Assembly (NCBI GenBank): GCA_963726755.1
Contig: CAVSDB010000001.1
Span: 1,341,225-1,405,224 of the forward strand
DNA from: an uncultured Actinomycetota bacterium
GTDB lineage: Bacteria; Actinomycetota; Actinomycetes; JAHEKZ01
Direction of reading: 5' to 3'
DNA: 64,000 nucleotides
Within the stretch, counting starts at the first letter, position 1. Every line of letters begins with the position of its first letter. Of this stretch, positions 33,295 through 44,592 are shown in pieces. The translations under genes and the position numbers were made by a program. The notes under the pieces are model-generated. The model did no database searches, was not told the DNA's origin, and saw nothing but the letters and a program-made list of their open reading frames with translations.

Positions 33295-34644
33295 TCAGGA
33301 GTCTTCGTCGGCCGTCAGATGCTGTCGAAGTCGAGCCACTCGCTCGGTGAGTTCGCGCTCGTAGCCATGATTCGACGGCTCGTAGTAGTGACGTCCGACG
33401 AGCTGATCCGGCGCGTACTGCTGGGCCACGACCCCCAGCTCGTCGTCGTGGGGATATCGATACGTCGTGCCATGACCCAGGGACTCGGCGCCGCGGTAGT
33501 GCGCGTCGCGCAGGTGCGCCGGGACAGGTCCAGCGCGACCGGCACGCACATCTGCCAACGCCGAATCAATCGCCACGATGATCGCGTTGGACTTCGGCGC
33601 CGTCGCGAGGTGGACGACTGCCTGTGCCAACGGGATCCGCGCCTCGGGCAGTCCAACGAACTGCGAGGCATGAAGCGCCGCGACGGCCGACTGCAGCGCG
33701 GTTGGGTCGGCCATCCCGATGTCCTCGCTGGCGTGGATGACCAACCGTCTCGCGATGAATCGTGGGTCCTCGCCGGCTTCGACCATGCGCGCGAGGTAGT
33801 GCAATGCAGCGTCCACGTCGCTGCCGCGGATGCTCTTGATGAACGCGCTGGCAACGTCGTAGTGCTGGTCACCTTGCCGGTCGTAGCGCACCGACGCCCG
33901 ATCGACGGCCTCGGCGACCATCTCAACGTCGATGACCGCGCCGTCGACGTCCCGGCCGGCGGCGACGGCTTCGATCGCGGTTAGTGCGCGTCGGGCGTCC
34001 CCGCCAGAGAATCGCACGATGGCCGCACGCGCCTCGTCGTCGAGGGTGACGCGTCCACCGAGGCCGCGTTCGTCGGTGATCGCACGGTCGATCAGCTGTT
34101 CGATCGCGGCGTCGTCGAGCGTGCGTAGGGTGAGGAGCAACGAACGCGATAGCAGCGGCGACACGATCGCGAAGTGCGGATTCTCGGTTGTGGCTGCGAT
34201 GAGAGTGACCCAGCCATTTTCGACCGCGGGCAGCAGCGCGTCCTGCTGGGTCTTAGAGAACCTGTGGACCTCGTCCACGAACAGGACAGTCTCTGAGTCG
34301 CCGGTCGCCAGTCGTCGCCGGGCAGAGTCGATCACCTGTCGGACGTCCTTGACACCAGCCGTCACCGCGGAGAGTTCGACGAAACGTCGACCACCGGCGT
34401 AGCTGACGAGGTGAGCCAGCGTCGTCTTTCCGGTACCAGGTGGTCCCCAGAGGATGACTGAGACAGCTCCCCCGCTCTGGCCGTCCGCGCTGGCGTCGAC
34501 CAGCCTGCGTAACGGACCGCCGGGGCCGAGCAGGTGGTCCTGGCCGACCACCTCGTCCAGCGTGCGAGGTCTCATCCGTACCGCGAGCGGTCCGCCGACG
34601 ACGTCTTCAGCAGCCGCATCGAACAGGTCCGGTTCGTTCACCAC
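33295..34644 (-). CDS. rarA: replication-associated recombination protein A (AAA+ ATPase RarA/MgsA)
   Basis: Track ORF, 449 aa. Walker [12 protein letters not shown] and sensor motifs. Confidence 0.85.
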   Translation of the reverse strand: MVNEPDLFDAAAEDVVGGPLAVRMRPRTLDEVVGQDHLLGPGGPLRRLVDASADGQSGGAVSVILWGPPGTGKTTLAHLVSYAGGRRFVELSAVTAGVKDVRQVIDSARRRLATGDSETVLFVDEVHRFSKTQQDALLPAVENGWVTLIAATTENPHFAIVSPLLSRSLLLTLRTLDDAAIEQLIDRAITDERGLGGRVTLDDEARAAIVRFSGGDARRALTAIEAVAAGRDVDGAVIDVEMVAEAVDRASVRYDRQGDQHYDVASAFIKSIRGSDVDAALHYLARMVEAGEDPRFIARRLVIHASEDIGMADPTALQSAVAALHASQFVGLPEARIPLAQAVVHLATAPKSNAIIVAIDSALADVRAGRAGPVPAHLRDAHYRGAESLGHGTTYRYPHDDELGVVAQQYAPDQLVGRHYYEPSNHGYERELTERVARLRQHLTADEDS

Positions 34645-34717
34645 GCCCTCACCCTAGGTCCGCCCTTCCCAACGCCCCCAACGCAACCTCCAACCCCCAA
34701 GAGCCAGAACCAGAATC

Positions 34718-35057
34718 CTAAGAACGACGCGTTCTCCCACACTGGTGCAACAAACTCCGCATTCATCCTGTGGATCCCGCGGCATCCACAGGAACCGTGA
34801 GGTGTGGATGTAGGACGTTCGCACCACGATGCGCTGACTTGGCCAGGGCGCACTGTCGCTTCCGGCCAGGTTCGCAGCCGCCCACCGCGTCAATGGTGTC
34901 CGCTCACTGTCACTGCCTCGAACACGACGCCTCCTCGCGCTGAGGCGGCAAGTCGTCCGCGCCCGAGCGGAGCCTGACTGACCTTGTGGATCCCGCGGGA
35001 TCCACAGGATGAATACGGAGTTTGTTGCACCAGTGTGGGAGAACGCGTCGTTCTTAG
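34718..35057. mobile_element. MITE-like element: two ~75-bp terminal inverted repeats flanking a ~190-bp core
   Basis: Arm A 34718..34792 and arm B 34983..35057 are reverse complements with ~3 mismatches. Each arm carries an internal palindrome GTGGATCCCGCGGGATCCAC. Possible TA flanks. Lies in the rarA-aspS intergenic region. Confidence 0.4.
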
Positions 35058-35088
35058 AATTTTGTTCTCAGGCTTCTGGGTGTTGGGT

Positions 35089-36849
35089 TCAGGTTTTGCG
35101 GGTTTCGGGTTTTGGTGGTGTGGGGTCGATGCCGGCTTCGGCTCGTTGGGCCGCAGTGATCGGCGTCGGGGCTCCGGTCAAGGGGTCGCCGCCCGAGGCG
35201 GTCTTGGGGAACGCGATGACCTCACGAATCGACTCCGCTCCACCGAGCAACGCGACGAGTCGGTCAAGCCCGAAGGCGATCCCACCATGTGGCGGGGGGC
35301 CGTACTTGAACGCTTCGAGCAGGAATCCGAACTTGCTCTCGGCTTCTTCTTCAGAGAAACCGATCACATCGAATACTCGACGCTGTACGTCTGACCGGTG
35401 GATACGAATCGAGCCGCCACCGATCTCGTTCCCGTTCAGCACCATGTCGTACGCAAACCCGAGGGCCTCCGCCGGTGACTTATCGAACGACTCGAGCCAG
35501 TCAGTGTGCGGTGACGTGAACATGTGGTGGACAGCAGTCCAGCCACCCTCACCGTCGGCCTCGAACAACGGCGCGTCAACGATCCATAGAAACGCCCACT
35601 GCGACTCGTCGATCAAATCGCAGCGTTGACCGATCTCGAGTCGAGCAGCACCCAATAGAGGCAGCGCTTCGGACCGCTCCCCGGCAGCAAAGAACACCGC
35701 ATCCCCAGGGGTGGCGCCAACCGCGGAAGCTAACCCATCGCGCTCCGCATCGGACAGGTTCTTCGCCACCGGACCACTCAGTGAGCCGTCTGGCTGCAGC
35801 AGGACGTACGCCAACCCACGTGCACCCCGAGCCTTCGCCCAGTCCTGCCAACCATCGAGTTCCTTGCGGGACTGGCTGGCTCCCCCTGGCATGACCACCG
35901 CGCCGACGTGCCACGAGTCTGACTGCCGCTGAAACACCCGGAACGTCGTCTCGGCGAAGTAGTCGGTCAACTCAACCAGTTCGCAGTCGAACCGGACGTC
36001 GGGCTTGTCCGAGCCGTAACGCTTCATCGCCTCCGCGTACGTCAACTGCGGCAGCGGCAGAGGGACCTCGTACGCATGGATGTCGCGCCACAACGCGGCG
36101 ACGATCTCTTCACCAAGCGTCAGTACGTCAGCCTGCTCGACGAACGACATCTCGATGTCTAGCTGTGTGAACTCCGGCTGCCGATCCGCACGAAAGTCCT
36201 CGTCACGAAAACAGCGCGCGATCTGGTAATAGCGCTCCATGCCCGCGACCATCAGCAGTTGCTTGAACAACTGCGGCGACTGCGGCAGCGCGTACCAAGA
36301 ACCTGGCTGCAGGCGTACTGGGACCAGAAAGTCGCGCGCACCCTCGGGCGTTGACCGCGTCAGGTACGGAGTCTCGATCTCTAGGAAGTCGTGCTCGTCC
36401 ATGACGTCGCGAATCACCTTGGTCGCCCGTGCCCGCAATCGGATCAAGCGACCAGGCTCTTCACGACGCAGATCGAGGTAGCGATGCCGCAACCGCGCGT
36501 CTTCGCCAACGGTTAGATGCTCGTCGATCGGGAACGGGAGTGGCGCGGCCTCTGACAGCACTTCGACCTCAGAGACGATGACCTCGACGCCGCCACTCGG
36601 CAACTCCGGATTCTCGTTACCCGCCGGGCGTTCGACAACTTCTCCGACGACTTTCAGGCAGTACTCACTACGCAGGTCGCCAGCAACCGCCGAGTCGCGG
36701 ATCACCACCTGCGCCACACCTGAGGAGTCGCGCAGATCCAAGAACGCCACCCCACCGTGGTCGCGACGACGCGCAATCCACCCAGCCAGGACCACCTGCT
36801 CGCCCGCATCTGCGGTGCGCAGCGTCCCAGCCCCTCGGGTGCGGATCAC
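35089..36849 (-). CDS. aspS: aspartate--tRNA ligase
   Basis: Track ORF, 586 aa. Class II aaRS motifs ([26 protein letters not shown]). Confidence 0.95.
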   Translation of the reverse strand: MIRTRGAGTLRTADAGEQVVLAGWIARRRDHGGVAFLDLRDSSGVAQVVIRDSAVAGDLRSEYCLKVVGEVVERPAGNENPELPSGGVEVIVSEVEVLSEAAPLPFPIDEHLTVGEDARLRHRYLDLRREEPGRLIRLRARATKVIRDVMDEHDFLEIETPYLTRSTPEGARDFLVPVRLQPGSWYALPQSPQLFKQLLMVAGMERYYQIARCFRDEDFRADRQPEFTQLDIEMSFVEQADVLTLGEEIVAALWRDIHAYEVPLPLPQLTYAEAMKRYGSDKPDVRFDCELVELTDYFAETTFRVFQRQSDSWHVGAVVMPGGASQSRKELDGWQDWAKARGARGLAYVLLQPDGSLSGPVAKNLSDAERDGLASAVGATPGDAVFFAAGERSEALPLLGAARLEIGQRCDLIDESQWAFLWIVDAPLFEADGEGGWTAVHHMFTSPHTDWLESFDKSPAEALGFAYDMVLNGNEIGGGSIRIHRSDVQRRVFDVIGFSEEEAESKFGFLLEAFKYGPPPHGGIAFGLDRLVALLGGAESIREVIAFPKTASGGDPLTGAPTPITAAQRAEAGIDPTPPKPETRKT

Positions 36850-38107
36850 GACAGTCGTCCCTTCAACGTGGCAACTAACTCGGTCAACTTCACCGGCTGC
36901 TGGTCACCAGACTCCATCTCTTTGACTCCGGCGACGCCGTCAGCCATGTCACGCTCCCCCAGTACGACGGTGTACCGCGCGCCAGAGCGGTCCGCCGACT
37001 TCATTGCGCCCTTGAGTCCCTTGCCTCCGTACTCGAGGTCGGCGCGCACTCCAGCTTGACGCAACTCCGCGAGCAGTTTGACCAAGTACGTCTTCGCTTC
37101 GTCACCCAGCGGCACCAAGAACACCTCGACGCGCGCCGCCGACCCCGGCTCGACTTCCTCCGCGACACACGCCAGCAACGTGCGATCGACTCCCAGACCA
37201 AAGCCAATGCCAGGAAGTGATTGACCGCCCAACATTTCAAGCAACCCGTCGTACCGACCGCCGCCACCGATCGCGGACTGCGCCCCGAGCCCGTCGTGCG
37301 CGAACTCGAAGAGCGTGCGCGTGTAGTAGTCGAGGCCCCGGACCAAGCGCGGTTCGTCTTCCCAGGTGACGCCAAGCAGTCGCAGGTACTCCTTGAGCGA
37401 ATCGTGATGTGCCTGGCACGCCTCACATAAGTGGTCTGAGATAAGCGGTGCGTCGACGAGTTGCGCCTGCACCTCAGGACGCTTGTCGTCAAGCACACGC
37501 AACGGGTTCACGGCCGCGCGCTCGCGCGTTGGCTCGTCCAGGTCCAACGTCGCCAGGAACTCCTGCAGCACGCGCACGATACGCGGGACGGCACTCAGCG
37601 CAGCCCAGCGAGTTAAGCAGTAACCGAACGCGACTCAATCCGAGCGCCCGATACGACGTCCACGCCAGCCAGATGACCTCGGCATCGATGGCCGGGTCTG
37701 ACGATCCGACGGTCTCGACACCGACCTGCGTGTGCTGTCGGTAGCGACCAGACTGTGGCCGTTCGTACCGGAAGTTGGGGCCGGTGTACCAGACCTTGAC
37801 CGGCAGTTGGCCCGCGGTCGAGCCCGTTCTCCGCGATGGCCCGCAACACTCCAGCCGTGCCTTCGGGACGAAGGGTCAACGATCGCCCACCGCGATCCTC
37901 GAAGGTGTACATCTCTTTGGTGACGACGTCCGTGGACTCTCCGACGCCTCGGACGAAGAGCGCGGTGTCCTCGAACATCGGGGTGTCGATGAATCCGTAG
38001 CCAGCCGAACGAGGGGGCGCAGACAGTGCCTCACGCACGGCAAGCCAGGAAGCAGACTGCGGCGGGACGACGTCGTACGTTCCCTTAGGCGCGCGAAATA
38101 CCGTCAC
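36846..38107 (-). pseudogene. hisS: histidine--tRNA ligase; 2 frameshifts near 37825 and 37580
   Basis: N-terminus in ORF 37613..38107 ([13 protein letters not shown]...[11 protein letters not shown]). Middle ([34 protein letters not shown]) in another frame. C-terminus in ORF 36846..37577. Confidence 0.8.
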
Positions 38108-38112
38108 GGCAC

Positions 38113-38844
38113 CTACAACCCCCGCCCGCGAGCTTGACTGGGAGTCGGCTCGGCGAGGAATGGGTTGCTCGCTCGCTCACGTCCGATCGTCGTCGCTTCT
38201 CCATGCCCCGGAAGCACCAACGTGTCGTCGGACAGTGGGAGCACCTTGCTCGCTAGTGACTGCAGCATCTGCTCGTGCGATCCACCGGGCAGATCGGTTC
38301 GCCCGATCGATCCCGCAAACAGCACATCACCGGACAACAAGGTCTGCGTCGGCTGCTGGTCCAGACCATTCGCACCGTCTGGCGCCCCGGGTAGCCGGAA
38401 CATCACCGACCCAGGGGTGTGTCCGGGCGCGTGGTCGACTTCGATCCGCAGACCGGCCATCTCTAATGGCTCTTCACCGATCAGGCGGACGTCGTCAGGC
38501 TCAACCCAGGTCAGTCGCCCGCCGAACATTGCCGCCGTCTCGGGGCTGATCCCCTTCATCGGGTCGGCGAGCAACTCGCGGTCCCCCGGGTGGATGTAGG
38601 CGGGCAAACCTCGGGCCGTCCCGACCGGGCACCACCGAGAACGTGTGATCAATGTGCCCGTGCGTCAACAACACCGCCACGGGCTCAAGGCGGTGCTCTC
38701 GAAGCAGGGCAGTCCACACCGTCGGCCACTTCGATACCGGGGTCGACCACGATGCACTGTTCCCCAGCAGCTGGGGCCACGACGTAGACGTTGGTCCCGA
38801 ACGCCACCGAGGGGAAGCCAGCGATCAGCACGTGGATCAGCCTC
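38113..38844 (-). pseudogene. MBL-fold metallo-hydrolase (hydroxyacylglutathione hydrolase-like); 2 frameshifts
   Basis: C-terminus in ORF 38113..38652, middle (LLTHGHIDHTFS) in ORF 38501..38719, N-terminus (GTG with AGGAGG; LIAGFPSVAFGTNVYVVAP) at ~38720-38844. Confidence 0.6.
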
Positions 38845-39021
38845 CTGTTGACTCGATGGACCGGTTGAGCCTACCTGGGATGCCAGGGCGACTACCTGGG
38901 CGTCAGCGCCTGGGTAGGGACGTTTCTGGCCACCACGGTCTGGACCGCTCCAGAACGTTCCTACACTGGTGCGGCCGACTTCGCCCTGGAGTCTCGGCGC
39001 TGGGTATGACGAGGAGAGTTC

Positions 39022-39801
39022 GTGGCGACCAAGAAGAAGCAGCGCAAGGCAGCGGCCCGTGCGAACTACGAGGCCTATCTCACACGCAAGGCAGAGCAGG
39101 CGCGCCGTCGTAAGCGCAGGGACATCATCATCGGCGTGGTTGTCGCGGTGGCGATCGTCGTTGGGTTCGGAGTCTGGACCTCGGTCCAGGGTGACGACAC
39201 CCCAGCGCCCGCGGCCGAGCCGGCTGCCAGCCCTTCCGCAACTCCGTCCGCATCCACGTCGCCCAAGAGCTATGACAAACCCGAACAAGTGCTCAACGAC
39301 AAGACTCCTGCCACGGCCACCCTCAAAACCAACCAGGGCACCATCACGATCGACCTTGATGTGAAGAACGCCCCGAAGAACAGCAACTCCATCGCGTTCC
39401 TGGCCGGAGAGGGCTACTTCGACAACACGTCGTGCCACCGCCTCACGACCAGTGATTCACTGTCGGTCCTGCAGTGCGGTGACCCAACGGGTACCGGTAG
39501 CGGCGGCCCCGGCTACACCGTCGCTGACGAAAACCTGCCGAAGGCGGGCAAGAACAACTACCCAGCCGGGACGGTCGCGATGGCCGAGCCGCAGGGCGGC
39601 CAAGCTGGTAGCCAGTTCTTCTTGGTCTACGAGGACTCGACGCTTCCGCCTGACTACACGATCGTTGGTCACATCGATTCGGGACTCGACATCTTGCGGC
39701 AAGTCGCCCAAGGTGGAGTCGCTGCTGGGAGCCCCAACGTCGACGACGGTGCCCCCGCGACGCCAGTCACAATCAAGTCCGTCACGATTAACCAGAGTTG
39801 A
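39022..39801 (+). CDS. ppiB: membrane-anchored cyclophilin-type peptidyl-prolyl cis-trans isomerase
   Basis: Track ORF, 259 aa. N-terminal transmembrane helix then cyclophilin domain (HRLTTSDSLSVLQCGDPTGTGSGGPGYT...FFLVYED). Confidence 0.8.
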   Translation: MATKKKQRKAAARANYEAYLTRKAEQARRRKRRDIIIGVVVAVAIVVGFGVWTSVQGDDTPAPAAEPAASPSATPSASTSPKSYDKPEQVLNDKTPATATLKTNQGTITIDLDVKNAPKNSNSIAFLAGEGYFDNTSCHRLTTSDSLSVLQCGDPTGTGSGGPGYTVADENLPKAGKNNYPAGTVAMAEPQGGQAGSQFFLVYEDSTLPPDYTIVGHIDSGLDILRQVAQGGVAAGSPNVDDGAPATPVTIKSVTINQS

Positions 39802-41099
39802 TGAACACCATGAGCCAGACCCCGCATCCCACCCCGCCGCGCCCGACACCACCGAGTGGCCCGGCGGTGCCATCGACACAGTCGTGGGGTCGGGTTGACG
39901 ACCAGGGGGCAGTCTTCGTTCGTACTGCGGACGGCGAATGAAGGTTGGCGAATGGCTCGCCGGCGATCCAGCGGCAGGACTGGCGTACTACCAGCGTCGC
40001 TACGCCGCACTCGCGGTCGATGTCGACCTCCTTGAGCATCGACTCACCGACGCAGGATTGGCGCCTGACGACGCCATGGTCAAAATCGGGAAGATCCGCT
40101 CGCAGGTCGACGAACCCCACTGCGTCGGCGATCTACAAGCACTGCGGACGCGGCTGGACGCCTTGGTCGTCATTGTCGATCAACGTCGGGCCGATCTCGA
40201 CGCCGAGAGGGTAGCCAGTCGAGAGCGGGCGAAAGCGTCGCGATACGCCCTCGTCGATGAGGCCGAAAAGCTTGGCTGATTCGACGCAGTGGAAGTCCGG
40301 CGGCGAACGCTTCCGCGCGATCGTCGAGGAGTGGAAGCACCTCCCCCACGTCGAGCGATCAGTTGAGCAAGACCTGTGGAAGCGACTGAGCCACAGTCGC
40401 GGAATCTTTGAGAAGCGTCGCCGGGCATGGTTCGCCGAGCGCGACAGCAAACGTCACGAGGCCGAAGCCAGTAAAGAAAAGCTCATCAAAGAGGCTGAGG
40501 CATTGGCCGACAGCAAAGACTGGGGTCCGACGACAACCGCCTTCCGCTCTCTGATGACCAAGTGGAAAGCCGCCGGTCATGCCCCCCGAGGCGTCGATGA
40601 CGAGTTGTGGACTCGGTTCAAAGCCGCACAAGACAAGTTCTTCGCAGCGCGCACGGAGGCGTTCACCGAACGCGACGCTCACCTCGATGAGAACCTCAAA
40701 GCCAAACAGGCACTGCTAACCGAAGCCGAGGCGTTGCTTCCGGTCACTGACCCCAAAGCTGCTCGTTCATCGCTACGGACGATTCAAGATAAGTGGGCTG
40801 CGATCGGACACGTCCCGCGCAACGACCGCGATCGGATCGAAAAGCGACTGCAAAAGGTTGAGCAGGAAGTCCGCAACTTCGAGGAGAGCCGCTGGCGTCG
40901 CAGCAACCCCGAAGCGCGAGCACGAGCTACTGCAACGGTCGAACAGCTGACCAAATCGATCGCCAAACTGGAAAAGGAACTGGCGGCCGCCGAACAATCC
41001 GGCAACCGCGACGCAGCTACGAAAGCACGCGAGGCCATCACGGCCCGGCAGGAGTGGCTGGCGCAGGCTCAGCAGTCGCTAGAAGAGTTCAGCGTCTGA
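39801..41099 (+). pseudogene. DUF349 repeat protein; 2 frameshifts near 39940 and 40270
   Basis: Three consecutive frames: MNTMSQ...WGRVDDQGAVFVRTADGE, then ORF 39938..40279, then ORF 40257..41099 with repeated DUF349-like W/K motifs. ATG overlaps the ppiB stop. Confidence 0.55.
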
Positions 41100-41102
41100 G
41101 GA

Positions 41103-43388
41103 TTAGCCGTTTGTGATGCGGTAGACGTCGAAGACTCCCTCGACGTTGCGAACCGCAGAAAGTACGTGCCCGAGGTGACGCGTGTCGCCCATCTCGAAGG
41201 TAAAGCGCGAAACTGCAACCCGATCCCGCGTTGTCGTCACCGACGCATTGAGGATGTTGACGTGCTGATCGGACAGGACCCGAGTCACGTCCGATAGCAG
41301 CCGGGCGCGGTCAAGCGCCTCAACCTGGATCGACACCAAGAAGACACTGGACGCTGTTGGCGCCCACTCGACGTCAACGAAACGATCGGGCTCCATGGTC
41401 TTGACGTTCGTGCAGTCTGCACGGTGCACCGATACTCCGCTCCCCCGCGTGACGAACCCAACGACCTCGTCGCGAGGCACCGGCGTGCAACAACGAGCCA
41501 ACTTAACCCAAACGTCGTCGACTCCCTTGACTGTTACGCCAGGGTCGCCGTGCGTACGTACCCGCGCCGGCCGGGTCGCCGTGGTCGCTTCAGCCAGATC
41601 CTCGGTCGCGCCTTCTTCTCCGCCAAGTGAGTCGACGATGCGCCGGACAACGGTGTGCGCGCTGACATGGCCCTCGCCTACAGCTCCGTACAACGCGGTG
41701 ATGTCCTTAAGGCGGAGGTCTGAGGCGACCGACATGAGCACCGGCCCGCTCATCACACGCTGGATCGGCAACCCCTGCTTGCGCATGGCGCGCGCGATGC
41801 GGTCTTTGCCAATCTCAACGGCACCCTCACGACGTTCCTTGGAGAACCAGGCACGAATCTTGTTGCGCGCCCTCGCGGACTTGACGAAGTTGATCCAGTC
41901 CTGACTCGGACCTGCGCCTTCGGCCTTACTGGTGATGACCTCGATGACGTCACCGTTCTCGAGCAACGAGTCCAGCGGCACCAATCGGCCGTTGACGCGC
42001 GCGCCGACGGTCCGGTGACCAACTTCGGTGTGAACGGCATAAGCGAAGTCGACGGGAGTGGCGCCGGCGGTCAGCGCAATTACGTCGCCTTTGGGTGTGA
42101 AGACGAAGACTTCGGCGGCATTGATCTCAAAGCGCAGCGAGTCGAGGAACTCACCTGGATCTGACGTCTCTTGCTGCCAGTCGAGGAGTTGACGAAGCCA
42201 CGTCATGTCGTCCTCGCCCGACGAACTCGAGCCATCTTCCTTGTACTTCCAGTGCGCGGCTACGCCGTACTCCGCTCGACGGTGCATGGCGTGAGTGCGG
42301 ATCTGCATCTCGACGGGTTTGCCCTCGGGACCGATCACGGTGGTGTGTAGCGACTGGTAGAGGTTGAACTTGGGCATCGCGATGTAATCCTTGAACCGCC
42401 CTGGCACCGGGTTCCACCGCGAGTGGATGATGCCGAGTGCGGCGTAGCAGTCGCGGACCGAGTCGACCAGAATGCGGATCCCGACAAGGTCGTAGATGTC
42501 GGTGAAGTCACGACCGCGGACGATCATCTTTTGGTAGACGCTGTAGTAGTGCTTCGGTCGACCTGTGACGACGCCATCGATGCGTGACTGGTGCAGCGAC
42601 TCGCTGACTTGTGCTGACACGTCTTGCAAGTACTGCTCGCGGCTCGGTGCACGACGCTCGACCAAGTCGACGATCTCGTCGTACATCTTCGGGTAAAGCG
42701 TGCCGAACGACAGATCCTCAAGTTCCCACTTGATGGCGTTCATACCGAGTCGGTGCGCCAGAGGTGCGTAGATCTCTAACGTTTCTCGCGCCTTTGACTG
42801 TTGCTTTTCTTCGGGCAGAAAGCTCAGAGTGCGCATGTTGTGCAGCCGGTCACACAACTTGATGACCAGTACCCGAATGTCGCGGGCCATCGCGACGACC
42901 ATCTTGCGCGTGGTTTCGGCTTGCGCCGCCTGCCCGTACTTGACCTTGTCGAGTTTGGTAACGCCGTCGACGAGCAGCGCGATCTCATCGCCGAAGTCTG
43001 CCGTCAGTTCTTGCAGGCTGTAGTCGGTGTCTTCGACCGTGTCGTGCAACAACGCCGCACACAACGTCGCGGCCGTCATTCCCAATTCGGCGAGGATCTG
43101 CGCCACTGCCAGGGGATGAGTGATGTACGGATCCCCGCTGCGTCGCAACTGTCCCCGATGGGCCTCTTCGGCGACCTCATAGGCGTGTTCGATCTGCCGC
43201 AGATCAGTCTTGGGATGCGAGGACTTGACGATTCGAAACAGCGGCTCGAGTTCGGGATAACTCGATCGGTGCGCTCCGCTCAGTCGCGCGAAGGCGGCGC
43301 GCATTCGAGTCGGCGGCTCAGGCGTGCTCGGTGGACGTGGCGTCGTGCGGTCAGGCTTGACCGCTCCGATGGCACCATCGTCGGGCAC
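41103..43388 (-). CDS. relA: bifunctional (p)ppGpp synthetase/hydrolase RelA/SpoT
   Basis: Track ORF, 761 aa. HD domain [13 protein letters not shown], synthetase, TGS and ACT regions. Confidence 0.9.
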   Translation of the reverse strand: MPDDGAIGAVKPDRTTPRPPSTPEPPTRMRAAFARLSGAHRSSYPELEPLFRIVKSSHPKTDLRQIEHAYEVAEEAHRGQLRRSGDPYITHPLAVAQILAELGMTAATLCAALLHDTVEDTDYSLQELTADFGDEIALLVDGVTKLDKVKYGQAAQAETTRKMVVAMARDIRVLVIKLCDRLHNMRTLSFLPEEKQQSKARETLEIYAPLAHRLGMNAIKWELEDLSFGTLYPKMYDEIVDLVERRAPSREQYLQDVSAQVSESLHQSRIDGVVTGRPKHYYSVYQKMIVRGRDFTDIYDLVGIRILVDSVRDCYAALGIIHSRWNPVPGRFKDYIAMPKFNLYQSLHTTVIGPEGKPVEMQIRTHAMHRRAEYGVAAHWKYKEDGSSSSGEDDMTWLRQLLDWQQETSDPGEFLDSLRFEINAAEVFVFTPKGDVIALTAGATPVDFAYAVHTEVGHRTVGARVNGRLVPLDSLLENGDVIEVITSKAEGAGPSQDWINFVKSARARNKIRAWFSKERREGAVEIGKDRIARAMRKQGLPIQRVMSGPVLMSVASDLRLKDITALYGAVGEGHVSAHTVVRRIVDSLGGEEGATEDLAEATTATRPARVRTHGDPGVTVKGVDDVWVKLARCCTPVPRDEVVGFVTRGSGVSVHRADCTNVKTMEPDRFVDVEWAPTASSVFLVSIQVEALDRARLLSDVTRVLSDQHVNILNASVTTTRDRVAVSRFTFEMGDTRHLGHVLSAVRNVEGVFDVYRITNG

Positions 43389-43463
43389 ATTGGCTCCTGA
43401 AGGACGCAGACATTCCCCCGGTCCATCGACCGCGAGACAGTTCCAGTCTACGCAATCGGGTGT

Positions 43464-44591
43464 CTAACGCCGTTTACGCTTCTTGTTGCGCTTTGGCTGG
43501 TTGCGTGGACCTGCCTTCGCGGGTGCCCCAGAAGCAACTGTCACCGCCTCGTCGGTTTCGTCAGGCGCAGCCACAACCGGTGCCTTGGTTCCGGTGGGTG
43601 CGCTCTCCCCACGACTCTCGCGTCGGGCGGCCACCCGCTTGGACAGCGCCTGCATCGCTGGCTCCCGCTCCTTCAACTGAGCGACGACCGGAGTCGCGAC
43701 GAAGATCGACGAGTAGGTGCCAACAGCGATACCGACGAAGAGCGCCAACGCCAGGTCCTTGAGCGTCCCTGCCCCCAGGATGTACGCCCCAACGAACAGC
43801 AGCGCCGCCACCGGGAGCAGTCCCACGATCGAGGTGTTGATCGACCTGACAAGAGTCTGGTTGATCGCGAGGTTGGCGGCCTCGCTGTAGGTCATGCGAC
43901 TGCCGCCAGCCAATCCCTTGGTGTTCTCTTTCACCTTGTCGAACACCACGACGGTGTCGTACAGCGAATATCCCAAGATCGTGAGCACACCGATCACGGT
44001 CGCGGGTGTGACCTCGAAGCCGACCAGCGCGTAGACACCCACCGTGATGATGACGTCGTGCGCCAAGGCGATCAGCGCGGCGATAGCCATCCGCCATTCA
44101 AAGATGATCGACAAGTACACAACAACCGCGACCAGGAAGACGATCAGCCCGGTCAATGCCTTCTTGGTGATCTGTTCGCCCCATGTCGGGCCGATGATCT
44201 GATTAGAAACGTCAGTCTCTGATACGCCACAGGCCTTCGCGAGCGCGTTCGAAACCTCGGTGGTCTGTTTGGGGTCAAGCGCCTCAGTCTGGATCCGCAA
44301 CCCTCGGCCACTTGAACTGTTGACCTCGGTGACTGTCGGCTCGACCGGGGACTGCAGCACTGCGGACGTCGCGTCACGCGCCGTCTCGATGGAACAGGTT
44401 TCGCTCGGGACGGCGAAGATCGAGCCACCGTCGAACTCCACACCGAACTTCAGCCCGTTGACCGCCAAGGCACCAATCGAGACGAACAACAAGACCGCCG
44501 AGACGATGTACCAAAGGCGCCGGCGACCGACAAAGTCAAACGAGACGTCTCCGCGATAAAGACCAGCGGCCATCTCGGGGATGCGCGCCAT
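43464..44591 (-). CDS. secF: protein translocase subunit SecF
   Basis: Track ORF, 375 aa. Typical SecF topology with Lys/Arg-rich C-terminus. Confidence 0.9.
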   Translation of the reverse strand: MARIPEMAAGLYRGDVSFDFVGRRRLWYIVSAVLLFVSIGALAVNGLKFGVEFDGGSIFAVPSETCSIETARDATSAVLQSPVEPTVTEVNSSSGRGLRIQTEALDPKQTTEVSNALAKACGVSETDVSNQIIGPTWGEQITKKALTGLIVFLVAVVVYLSIIFEWRMAIAALIALAHDVIITVGVYALVGFEVTPATVIGVLTILGYSLYDTVVVFDKVKENTKGLAGGSRMTYSEAANLAINQTLVRSINTSIVGLLPVAALLFVGAYILGAGTLKDLALALFVGIAVGTYSSIFVATPVVAQLKEREPAMQALSKRVAARRESRGESAPTGTKAPVVAAPDETDEAVTVASGAPAKAGPRNQPKRNKKRKRR

Positions 44592-44592
44592 G

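Noticed and set aside
34534-35394. Small ORFs 34534..34800, 34638..34853, 34654..34893 and 34984..35394
   Set aside because: They translate the inverted-repeat arms, which is why their peptides mirror each other (WIPRDPQDE.GVCCTSVGERVVLRIL). They run into flanking gene ends in the wrong frame.
38850-39020. Repeated CTACCTGGG / CCTGGGTAGG motifs in the divergent MBL-ppiB promoter region
   Set aside because: Only 2-3 imperfect copies and no clean dyad. Could be chance in a GC-rich spacer.
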